Source: Callorhinchus milii (lineage: Eukaryota). From it: 64,000 bases of DNA. A program made the position numbers and the translations under genes. The stretch is from positions 57,352,001 to 57,416,000 of the forward strand of contig NW_024704742.1 of NCBI RefSeq assembly GCF_018977255.1. Direction: 5' to 3'. Within the stretch, counting starts at the first letter, position 1, and every line of letters begins with the position of its first letter. The notes under the pieces are model-generated. The model had not been told where the DNA came from, made no database searches, and saw only the letters and a program-made list of their open reading frames with translations. Positions 1 through 11,200 of the stretch are shown in pieces.

Positions 1-1973
1 GTTGACAGTGTAGGAGCAGTGTCTGAGCCCTAACCCATTTGACAGTGTAGGAGCAGTCTCTGAGCCCTGACACAGTTGCCAGTGAAGGAGCAGTCTCTGA
101 GCCCTGACCCATTTGACAGTGTAGGAGCAGTCTCTGAGCCCTGACCCATTTGACAGTGTAGGAGCAGTCTCTGAGCCCTGACCCAGTTGCCAGTGTAGGA
201 GCAGTCTCTGAGCCCTGACCCAGTTACCAGTGGAGGAGCAGTGTCTGAGCCCTGACCCAGTTGCCAGTGGAGGAGCAGTGTCTGAGCCCTGCCTCAGTTT
301 CCAGTGGAGGAGCTGTGTCTGAGCCCAGACCCAGGTAGCAGTGGAACAGCAGTCTCTGAGCCCTGTCCCAGTTGACAGTGTAGGAGCAGTGTCTGAGCCC
401 TAACCCATTTGACAGTGTAGGAGCAGTCTCTGAGCCCTGACCCAGTTGCCAATGGAGGAGCAGTGCCTGAGCCCTGACCCAGTTGCCAGTGGAGGAGCAG
501 TCTCTGAGCCCTGACCCAGTTAACAGTGGAGGAGCAGTGTCTGAGCCCTGACCCAGTTGCCAGTGGAGGAGCAGTGTCTGAGCCCTGCCTCAGTTTCCAG
601 TGGAGGAGCTGTGTCTGAGCCCAGACCCAGGTAGCAGTGGAACAGCAGTCTCTGAGCCCTGTCCCAGTTGACAGTGTAGGAGCAGTGTCTGAGCCCTAAC
701 CCATTTGACAGTGTAGGAGCAGTCTCTGAGCCCTGACCCAGTTGCCAATGGAGGAGCAGTGCCTGAGCCCTGACCCAGTTGCCAGTGGAGGAGCAGTGCC
801 TGAGCCCTGACGCAGTTGACAGTGGAGGAGCAGTGCCTGAAACCTGACCCAGTTGACAGTGGAGGAGCAGTGCCTGAAACCTGACCCAGTTGCCAGTGGC
901 GGAACAGTGTCTGAGCACTGACGCAGTTGCCAGTGGAGGAGTAGTGTCTGAGCCCTGACCCAGTTGCCAGTGGAGGAGCAGTGTCTGAGCCCTGAACCAG
1001 TTGCCAGACGAGGAGCAGTGTCTGAGCCCTGTCCCGTTGCCAGTGATGGAGCAGTCTCTGAGCCCTGTCCCAGTTGTCAGTGGAGCAGCAATTTCTGAGC
1101 CCTGACCCAGTTGCCAGTGAAGGAGCAGTCTCTGAGCCCTGACCCAGTTACCAGTGGAGGAGCAGTGTCTGAGCCCTGACCCAGTTGCCAGTGGAGGAGC
1201 AGTGTCTGAGCCCTGCCTCAGTTTCCAGTGGAGGAGCTGTGTCTGAGCCCAGACCCAGGTAGCAGTGAAACAGCAGTCTCTGAGCCCTGTCCCAGTTGAC
1301 AGTGTAGGAGCAGTGTCTGAGCCCTAACCCATTTAACAGTGTAGGAGCAGTCTCTGAGCCCTGACCCAGTTGCCAATGGAGGAGCAGTGCCTGAGCCCTG
1401 ACCCAGTTGCCAGTGGAGGAGCAGTGCCTGAGCCCTGACGCAGTTGACAGTGGAGGAGCAGTGCCTGAAACCTGACCCAGTTGCCAGTGGCGGAACAGTG
1501 TCTGAGCACTGACGCAGTTGCCAGTGGAGGAGCAGTGCCTGAAACCTGACCCAGTTGCCAGTGGCGGAACAGTGTCTGATCACTGACGCAGTTGCCAGTG
1601 GAGGAGTAGTGTCTGAGCCCTGACCCAGTTGCCAGTGGAGGAGCAGTGTCTGAGCCCTGAACCAGTTGCCAGACGAGGAGCAGTGTCTGAGCCCTGTCCC
1701 CGTTGCCAGTGATGGAGCAGTCTCTGAGCCCTGTCCCAGTTGTCAGTGGAGCAGCAATTTCTGAGCCCTGACCCAGTTGCCAGTGGAGGAGCAGTGTCTG
1801 AGCCCTGACCCAGTTGCCAGTGGAGGAGAAGTGTTTGAGCCCTGACGCAGTTGCCAGTGGAGGAGCAGTTTCTGAGCCCTCACCCAGTTGCCAGTGGAGG
1901 AGCAGTCTCTGAGCCCTGTCCCAGTTGCCAGTGGAGCAGCAATTTCTGAACCCTGACCCATTTGCCACTGAAT

Positions 1974-2303
1974 AATATAATATAATAATAATAATCCTTG
2001 CATTTGATATAGCGCTTTTCACGTCGGGAGGACGTCCCAAAGTGCTTCACAGAACACACTGTAAAGTGAATTGACTGTATATTTGTGGGCGAACGCGGCA
2101 GCCAATTGCGCACAGCAATGTCCCACAAACAGTCGTAGATTGAAAATGACCAATTTATTATTGTTTTGGTTTTGGAGGGATTATTATTAGGGTTCTGTGT
2201 GGAGTAAGGAAACTTGCCCAAGGTTTCGCCCTCTGCCTGGAATTGAACTCAGGTCTCTCACTTGCAAAGCGAGTGCTCTAACCACTGAGCTACAGGACTC
2301 CAC
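1974..2303 (-). mobile_element. Full-length tRNA(Ala)-derived SINE, young short subfamily, inserted in the minisatellite
   Basis: tRNA-like head (GTGGAGTCCTGTAGCTCAGTGG...GAGTTCAATTCC, TGC anticodon), LINE-like 3' end and (ATT)n tail; GAAT on both flanks (1970-1973, 2304-2307). Confidence 0.93.
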
Positions 2304-5300
2304 GAATGAGCAGTCTCTGAGCCCTGACCGAGTTGCCAGTGAAGGAGCAGTGTCTGAACCCTGCCCCAGTTGCCAGTGGAGCAGCAGTGCCTGAGCCCTG
2401 ACCCAGTTGCCAGTGGAGGAGCAGTGCCTGAGCCCTGCCGCAGTTGCCAGGGGAGGAGCAGTGTCTGATCCCTGTCCCAGTTGCCAGTGGAGGAGCAGAG
2501 TCTGAGCCCTGCCCCAGTTGCCAGAGCAGGAGCAGTGCCTGAGCCCTGACCGAGTTGCCACCGAAGGAGCAGTCTCTGAGCCCTGACCCAGTTGCCAGTG
2601 GTTGAGCAGTGTTTAAGCCCTGCCCCAGTTGCCATTGGGGGAGAAGTGTCTGAGCCCTGAATCAGTTGCCAGTCGATGAGCAGTGTCTGAGCCCTGTCCC
2701 ATTTGTCAGTGGAGGAGCAGTGCCTGAGCCAAGACCCAGTGGCCAGTGGAGGATCATTGTCTGAGCCCTGACGCAGTTGCCACTGGAGGAGCAGTGTCTG
2801 AGCTCTGACACAGTTGCCAGTGGAGGAGCAGTGTCTGAGCTTTGACACAGTTGCCAGTGGTGGAGCAGTGTCTGAGCCTTGATCCAGTTGCCAGTGGAGG
2901 AGCTGTGTCGGAGCCCAGACCCAGGTAGCAGTGGAACAGCAGTTTCTGAGCCCTGTCCCATTTGACAGTGTAGGAGCAGTCTCTGAGCCCTGACCCAGTT
3001 GCCAATGGAGGAGCAGTGCCTGAGCCCTGACCCAGTTGCCAGTGGAGGAGCAGTGCCTGAGCCCTGTCCCAGTGACCAGTGGAGGAGTAGTGTCTGAACC
3101 CTGACGCAGTTGACAGTGGAGGAGCAGTGCCTGAGCCCTGACCCAGTTGCCAGTGGACGAGCAGTGTCTGAGTCCTGTCCCAGTTACCAGTGGAGATGCA
3201 GTGCCTGAAATCTGACCCAGTTGCCAGTGGCGGAACAGTGTCTGAGCACTGACGCAGTTGCCAGTGGAGGAGCAGTGCCTGAGCCCTGCCCCAGTTGCCA
3301 GTGGAGCAGCAGTGCCTGAGCCCTGACCCAGTTGCCAGTGGAGGAGCAGTGCCTGCGCCCTGTCCCAGTTGCCAGGGGAGGAGCAGTGTCTGATCCCTGT
3401 CCCAGTTGCCAGTGGAGGAGCAGAGTCTGAGCCCTAACCGAGTTGCCACCGAAGGAGCAGTCTCTGAGCCCTGACCCAGTTGCCAGTGGTTGAGCAGTGT
3501 TTAAGCCCTGCCCCAGTTGCCATTGTGGGAGAAGTGTCTGAGCCCTGAATCAGTTGCCAGTCGATGAGCAGTGTCTGAGCCCTGTCCCAGTTGCCAGTGG
3601 AGGAGCAGTGCCTGAGCCAAGACCCAGTGGCCAGTGGAGGATCAGTGTCTGAGCCCTGACGCAGTTGCCACTGGAGGAGCAGTGTCTGAGCTCTGACACA
3701 GTTGCTAGTGAGGAACAGTGTCTGATCCCTGCCCTAGGTGCCAGTGGAGGAGCAGTGTCTGAGCTTTGACACAGTTGCCAGTGGTGGAGCAGTGTCTGAG
3801 CCTTGATCCAGTTGTCAGTGGAGGAGCAGTGTCTGAACCCTGACACAGTTGCCAGTGGAGGAGCAGTGTCTGAGCACTGACGTAGTTGCCAGTGGAGGAG
3901 CAGTGTCTAAGCCCTGACACAGTGACCAGTGGAGGAGCAGTATCTGAACCCTGCCCCAGTTGCCAGTGGCGGAAGAGTGCCTGAGCCCTGACCCAGTTGC
4001 CAGTGGAGGAGCAGTGTCTGAGCCCTGTCCCAGTGACCAGTGGAGGAGTAGTGTCTGAACCCTGACCGAGTTGCCAGTGGAGGAGAAGCGCCTGAGCCCT
4101 CACCCAGTTGCCAGTGGACGAGCAGTGTCTGAGTCCTGTCCCAGTTACCAGTGGAGATGCAGTGTCTGAGCCCTGCACCAGTTGCCAGTGGAGGAGCAGT
4201 ATCTGAGCCATGCACCCGTTGCCAGTGGAGGAGCAGCGCCTGAGCCCTGCCCCAGTTGCCAGTGGAGGAGTAGCGCCTGAGCCCTGAACCAGTTGCCAGT
4301 GGAGGAGCAGTGCTGAGCCCTGCCCCAGTTGCCAGTGGAGGAGCAGTGCCTGAGGTCTGACCCAATTGCCAGTGCTGGAGCAATGCCTGAGCCCTGACCC
4401 AGTTGCCAGTGAAGGAGCAGTCTCTGAGCCCTGACCGAGTTGCCAGTGAAGGAGCAGTGCCTGAGCCCTGCCCCAGTTGCCAGTGGAGGAGCAGTGCCTG
4501 AACCCTGACCCAGTTGTCAGTGGAGGAGCAGTGCCTGAGCCCTGACCCAATTGCCAGTGGAAGAGCAGGGCATGAGCCCTCACCCAGTTGCCAATGGAGC
4601 AGCAGTGCCTGAGCCATGACCCAGTTGCCAGTGGAGGAGTAGTGTCTGAGCCCTGACCCAGTTGCCAGTGGAGGAGCAGTTTCTGAGCCCTGTCCCAGTG
4701 ACCAGTGTAGGAGTGGTGTCTGAACCCTGACCCAGTTGCCAGTTGAGGAGCAGCGCCTGAGCCCTGACGCAGTTGTCAGTGGAGGAGCAGTGTCTGCGTC
4801 CTGTCCCAGTTACGGGTGGAGAAGCAATGTCTGAGCCCGGACCGAGTTGCCAGTGAAGGAGCAGTGCCTGAGCCCTGCCCCAGTTGCCAGTGGAGGAGCA
4901 GTGCCTGAGCCCTGACCCAGTTGCCAGTGGAGGAGCAGTGCCTGAACCCTGACCCATTTGTCAGTGGAGGAGCAGTGTCTGAGCCCTGCCCCAGTTGCAA
5001 GCGCAGGGGCAGCGCCTAAGCCCTGCCCCAGTTGCCAGTGGAGGAGTAGCGCCAGAGCCCTGACCCAGTTGCCAGTGGAGGAGCAGATTCTGATCCCTGT
5101 CCCAGTTGCCTGTGCAGGAGCAGTGCCTGAGCCCTGACACAGTTGCCAGTGGAGGAGCAGTGCCTGAGCCCTGACACAGTTGCCAGTGGAGGAGCAGTGC
5201 CTGAGCCCTGACCCAGTTGCCAGTGGAGGAGCAGTGCCTGAGCCCTGACCCAGTTGCCAGTGGAGGAGCAGTGCCTGAGCCCTGACCCAGTTGCCAGTGG

Positions 5301-8191
5301 AGGAGCAGTGCCTGAGCCCTGACCCAGTTGCCAGTGGAAGAGCAGGGCATTAGCCCTGACCCAGTTGCCAGTGGAGCAGCAGTGCCTGAGCCCTGGCCCA
5401 GTTGCCAGTAGCGGAACAGTGCCCGAGCCCTGCCCTAGTTGCCAGTGGAGGAGCAGTGACTGATCCCTGATACAGTTGCCAGTGGAGGAGTAGTGTCTGA
5501 GCCCTGACCCAACTGCCAGTGCTGGAGCAATGCCTGAGCCCTGACCCAGTTGCCAATGAAGGAGAAGTCTCTGAACCCTGACCGAGTTGCCAGTGAAGGA
5601 GCAGTGTCTGATCCCTGTTCCAGTTGCCAGTGGAGTAGCAGTACCTGAGCCCTGACCCAGTTGCCAGTTGAGGAGCTGTGCCTGAGCCCTGAACCAGTTG
5701 CCAGTGGAGAAGCAGTGCCTGAGCCCTGACCCATTTGCCGGTGGAGGAGCTATGCCTGAGCCCTGACCCAGTTGCCTGTGGTGGAGCAGTGCCTGAGCAC
5801 TGATCCAGTTGCCAGTGCAGGAGCAGTGCCTGAGCCCTGACCCAGTTGCCAATGAAGGAGAAGTCTCTGAACCCTGACTCATTTGCCAGTGAAGGAGCAG
5901 TCTCTGAGCCCTGACCGAGTTGCCAGTGAAGGAGCAGTGTCCGAGCCCTGCCGCAGTTGCCAGTGGAGGAGCAGTGCCTGTGCCCTGACCCAGTTGCCAG
6001 TGGAGGAGCAGTGCCTGAGGCCTGACCCAGTTGTCAGTGGAGGAGCAGTGCCTAAGCCCTGCCGCAGTTGCCAGGGGAGGAGCAGTGTCTGATCCATGTT
6101 CCAGTTGCCAGTGGAGTAGCAGTACCTGAGCGCTGACCCAGTTGCCAGTTGAGTAGCTGTGCCTGAGCCCTGACCCAGTTGCCATTGGAGGAGCATTGCC
6201 TGAGCCCTGACCCAGTTGCCTGTGGTGGAGGAGTGCCTGAGTCCTGACCCAGTTGCCAGTGCAGGAGCAGTGCCTGAGCCGTGACCGAGTTGCCAGTGAA
6301 GGAGCAGTCTCTGAGCCCTGACCCAGTTGCCAGTGGAGGAGCAGTGTTTAAGCCCTGCCCCAGTTGCCATTGGGGGAGAAGTGTCTGAGGCCTGAACCAG
6401 TTGCCAGTGGAGGAGCAGTGTCTGAGCTCTGTCCCAGTTGCCAGTCGAGGAGCAGTGTCTGAGCCCTGTCCCAGTTGCCAGTAAAGGAGCAGTATCTGAG
6501 CCCTGTCCCAGTTGCCAGTGGAGGAGCAGTGCCTGAGCTCTGCCCCTGTTGCCAATGGAGGAGCAGTGCCTGAGCCCTGTCCCAGTTGCCAGTGGAGGAG
6601 CAGCGCCTGAGCCCTGCCCCAGTTGCCAGTAGAGGAGCAGCGCCTGAGCCCTGCCCCAGTTGCCAGTGGTGGAGTAGCGCCTGAGCCCTGACCCAGTTGC
6701 TAGTGGAGGAGCAGTGTCTGATCCCTGCCCTAGGTGCCAGTGGAGCAGCAGTGTCTGAGCACTCCCTCAGTTGCCAGTGGCGGAACAGTGCCTGAGCCCT
6801 GACCCAGTTGCCTGTGGAGGAGCAGTGTCTGAGCCTTGACGGAGTTGCCAGTGAAGGAGCAGTCTCTGAGCCCTGCCCCAGTTGCCATTGGAGGAGCAGT
6901 GCCTGAGCCCTGACCCAGTTGCCATTGGAGGAGCAGTGCCTGAGCCCTGACCCAGTTGCCTGTGGAGGAGCAGTGCCTGAGCCCTGACCCAGTTGCCAGT
7001 GCTGGAGCAGTGCCTGAACCGTGACCGAGTTACCAGTGAAGGAGGAGTCTCTGAGCCCTGACCCAGTTGCCAATGGAGGAGCAGTGCCTAAGCCCTTCCC
7101 CAGTTGCCAGTGGCGGAACTGTGCCTATGCGCTGCTCCAGTTGCAAGTGGAGGAGCAGTGTCTGAGCCATGCACCAGTTGCCAGTGGAGGAGCAGCGCCT
7201 GAGCCCTGCCCAGTTGCCAGTGGAGGAGTAGCGCCAGAGCCCTGACCCAGTTGCCAGTGGAGGAGCAGATTCTGATCCCTGTTGCAGTTGCCTGTGGAGG
7301 AGCAGTGCCTGAGCCCTGACACAGTTGCCAGTGGAGAAGCAGTGCCTGAGCCCTGACCCAGTTGCCAGTGGAGGAGCAGTGCCTGAGCCCTGACCCAGTT
7401 GCCAGTGGAAGAGCAGGGCATGAGCCCTGACCCAGTTGCCAGTGGAGCATCAGTGCCTGAGCCATGACCCAGTTGCCAGTGGAGGAGAAGTGCCTGAGAC
7501 CTGACCCAGTTGCCAGTGGCGGAACAGTGCCCGAGCCCTGCCCTAGTTGCCAGTGGAGGAGCAGTGCCTGAGCCCTGACACAGTTGCCAGTGGAGGAGTA
7601 GTGTCTGAGCTTTGCCTCAGTTGCCAGTGGAGGAGCAGAGCCTGAGCCCTGACCCAATTGCCAGTGCCGGAGCAATGCCTGAGCCCTGACCCAGTTGCCA
7701 ATGAAGGAGAAGTCTCTGAACCCTGACTCATTTGCCAGTGTAGGAGCAGTCTCTGAGCCCTGACCGAGTTGCCAGTGAAGGAGCAGTGTCTGAGCACTGC
7801 CGCAGTTGCCAGTGGAGGAGCAGTGCCTGAGCCCTGACCCAGTTGCCAGTGGAGGAGCAGTGCCTGAGGCCTGACCCAGTTGTCAGTGGAGGAGCAGTGC
7901 CTGAGCCCTGACCCAGTTGCCATTGGAGGAGCAGTGCCTGAGCCCTGACCCAGTTGCCTGTGGAGGAGCAGTGCCTGAGCCCTGACCCAGTTGCCAGTGC
8001 TGGAGCAGTGCCTGAGCCCTGACCCAGTTGCCAATGGAGGAGCAGTGCCTAAGCCCTTCCCCAGTTGCCAGTGGCGGAACTGTGCCTATGCGCTGCTCCA
8101 GTTGCAAGTGGAGGAGCAGTGTCTGAGCCATGCAGCAGTTGCCAGTGGAGGAGCAGCGCCTGAGCCCTGCCCAGTTGCCAGTGGAGGAGTA

Positions 8192-8216
8192 NNNNNNNNN
8201 NNNNNNNNNNNNNNNN
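8192..8216. other. Assembly gap (25 N) inside the satellite
   Basis: Run of N. Confidence 0.99.
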
Positions 8217-11200
8217 GCGCCAGAGCCCTGACCCAGTTGCCAGTGGAGGAGCAGATTCTGATCCCTGTTGCAGTTGCCAGTGAAGGAGCAGTGTCCGAGC
8301 CCTGCCGCAGTTGCCAGTGGAGGAGCAGTGCCTGATGCCCTGACCCAGTTGCCAGATGAGGAGCAGTGCCTGAGCCTGACCCAGTTGCCAGTGGAGGAGG
8401 AGTGTCTGAGCCCTGCCCCAGTTGCCAGTGGAGGAGCAGTGTCTGATCCCTGTCCCAGTTGCCAGTGGAGTAGCAGTACCTGAGCGCTGCACCAGTTGCC
8501 AGTTGAGAGCAGTGCCTGAGCCCTGACCCAGTTGCCAGTGGAGAACGTGCCTGAGCCCTGACCCAGTTGCCATTTGAGGAGCAGTGCCTGAGGCCTGACC
8601 CAGTTGCCTGTGGTGGAGCGTGCCTGAGTCCTGACCCAGTTGCCAGTGCAGGAGCAGTGCCTGAACCGTGACCGTGTTGCCAGTGAAGGAGCAGTGTCTG
8701 AGCCCTGACCCAGTTGCCAATGGAGGAGCAGTGTCTAAGCGCTGCCCCAGTTGCCATTGGGGGAGAAGTGTCTGAGCCCTGAACCAGTTGACAGTGGAGG
8801 AGCAGTGTCTGAGCTCTGTCCCTGTTGCCAGTCGAGGAGCAGTGTCTGAGCCCAGACCCAGTTGCCAGTGGAGGAGGAGTGTCTGAGCCCTGCCCATTGC
8901 CAGTGGAGGAGCAGTGCCTGAGCTCTGCCCCTGTTGCCAATGGAGGAGCAGTGCCTGAGCCCTGTCCAGTTGCCAGTGGAGGAGAAATGCCTGAGCCCTG
9001 ACCCAGTTGCCAGTGGCGGAACAGTGCCTGAGCCCTGCCCCAGTTGCCAGTGGAGGAGCAGTGCCTGAGCCCTGACACAGTTGCCAGTGGAGGAGTAGTG
9101 TCTAAGCCCTGCCTCAGTTGCCAGTGGAGGAGCAGTGCCTGAGCTCTGACCCAGTTGCCAGTGGAAGAGCAGTGCCTGAGCCCTGACCCAGTTGCCAGTG
9201 CAGGAGCAGTGCCTGAGCCGTGACCGAGTTACCAGTGAAGGAGCAGTCTCTGAGCCCTGACCCAGTTGCCAATGGAGGAGCAGTGTCTAAGCACTGCCCC
9301 AGTTGCCATTGGGGGAGAAGAGTCTGTGCCCTGAACCAGTTGCCAGTGGAGGAGCAGTGTCTGAGCTCGGTCCCAGTTGCCAGTCGAGGAGCAGTGTCTG
9401 AGCCCAGTCCCAGTTGCCAGTGGAGGAGCAGTGTCTGATCACTGCCCAGTTGCCAGTGGAGGAGCATTGCCTGAGCTCTGCCCCTGTTGCCAATGGAGGA
9501 GCAGTGTCTGAGCCCTGTCCCAGTTGCCAGTGGAGGAGCAGCGCCTGAGCCCTGCCCCAGTTGCCAGTAGAGGAGCAGCGCCTGAGCTCTGTCCCAGTTG
9601 CCAGTCGAGGAGCAGTATCTGAGCCCTGTCCCAGTTGCCAGTGGAGGAGTAGTCTCTGAGGCCTACCCAGTTGCCAGTGGAGGAGTAGTGTCTGAGCCCA
9701 GACCCAGTTGCCAGTGCAGGAGCAGTGTCTGAGCCCTGTCCCAGTTGCTAGTGGAGGAGCAGAGTCTGAGTCCTGCCCCAGCTGCCTGTGGAGGAGCAGT
9801 GTCTGAGGCCAGATCCAGTTGCCAGTGGAGGAGTAGTGCCTGAGCCCTGACCCAGTTGCCAGTGGAGCAGCAGTGCCTGAGCCATGACCCAGTTGCCAGT
9901 GGCGGAACAGTGCCTGAGCCCTGACCCAGTTGCCAGTACAGGAGCAGTGCCTGAGCCCTGACACAGTTGCCATTGGGGGAGAAGTGTCTGAGCCCTGAAC
10001 CAGTTGCCGGTGGAGGAGCAGTGTCTGAGCTCTGTCCCAGTTGCCAGTTGAGGAGCAGTGTCTGAGCCCTGTCCCATTTGCCAGTGAAGGAGCAGTCTCT
10101 GAGCCCAACCCAGTTGCCAGTGGAGGCGTAGTGTCTGAGCCCAGACGCAGTTGCCAATGGACGAGCAGCGCCTGAGCCCTGCCCCAGTTGCAAGAGCAGG
10201 AGCAGCGCCTGAGACCTGTCCCAGTTGCCAGTGGAGCAGCAGTCTCTGAGCCATGTCCTGTTGCCAGTGGAGGAGTAGTGTCTGAGACCAGACCCAATTG
10301 CCAGTGGAGGAGCAGTGTCTGAGCCCTGCCCCAGTTGCCAATGGAGGAGCAGCACCTGAGCCCTGCCCCAGTTGCCAGTGGAGGAGCAGTGTCTGAGCCC
10401 TGTCCCAGTTGCTAGTGGAGGAGCAGAGTCTGAGTCCTGCCCCAGCTGCCTGTGGAGGAGCAGTGTCTGAGTCCTGCCTCAGTTGCCAGTGGTGGATCAG
10501 GGTCTGAGGCCAGATCCAGTTGCCAGTGGAGGAGTAGTGCCTGAGCCCTGACCCAGTTGCCAGTGGAGCAGCAGTGCCTGAGCCATGACCCAGTTGCCAG
10601 TGGAGGAGAAGTGCCTGAGCCCTGACCCAGTTGCCAGTGGCGGAACAGTGCCTGAGCCCTGCCCCAGTTGCCAGTGGAGGAGCAGTGTCTGAGCTCTGTC
10701 CCAGTTGCCAGTCGAGGAGCAGTGTCTGAGCCCTGTCCCAGTTGCCAGTGAAGGAGTAGTCTCTGAGGCCTACCCAGTTGCCAGTGGAGGAGTAGTGTCT
10801 GAGCCCAGACCCAGTTGCCAGTGGAGGAGCAGTGTCTGAGCCCTGACCCAGTTGCCAGTGGAGGAGCAGCGCCTGAGCACTGCCCCAGTTACCAGTTGAG
10901 GAGCAGTGCCTGAGCCCTGCCTCAGTTGCCAGTGGCTGAACGGTGGCTGAGCCCTGACCCAGTTGCCATTGGGGGAGAAGTGTCTGAGCCCTGAACCAGT
11001 TGCCAGTGGAGGAGCAGTGTCTGAGCTCTGTCCCAGTTGCCAGTCGAGGAGCAGTATCTGAGCCCTGTCCCAGTTGCCAGTGGAGGAGTAGTCTCTGAGG
11101 CCTACCCAGTTGCCAGTGGAGGAGTAGTGTCTGAGCCCAGACCCAGTTGCCAGTGGAGGAGCAGTGTCTGAGCCCTGCCCCTGTTGCCAGTGGAGGAGCA

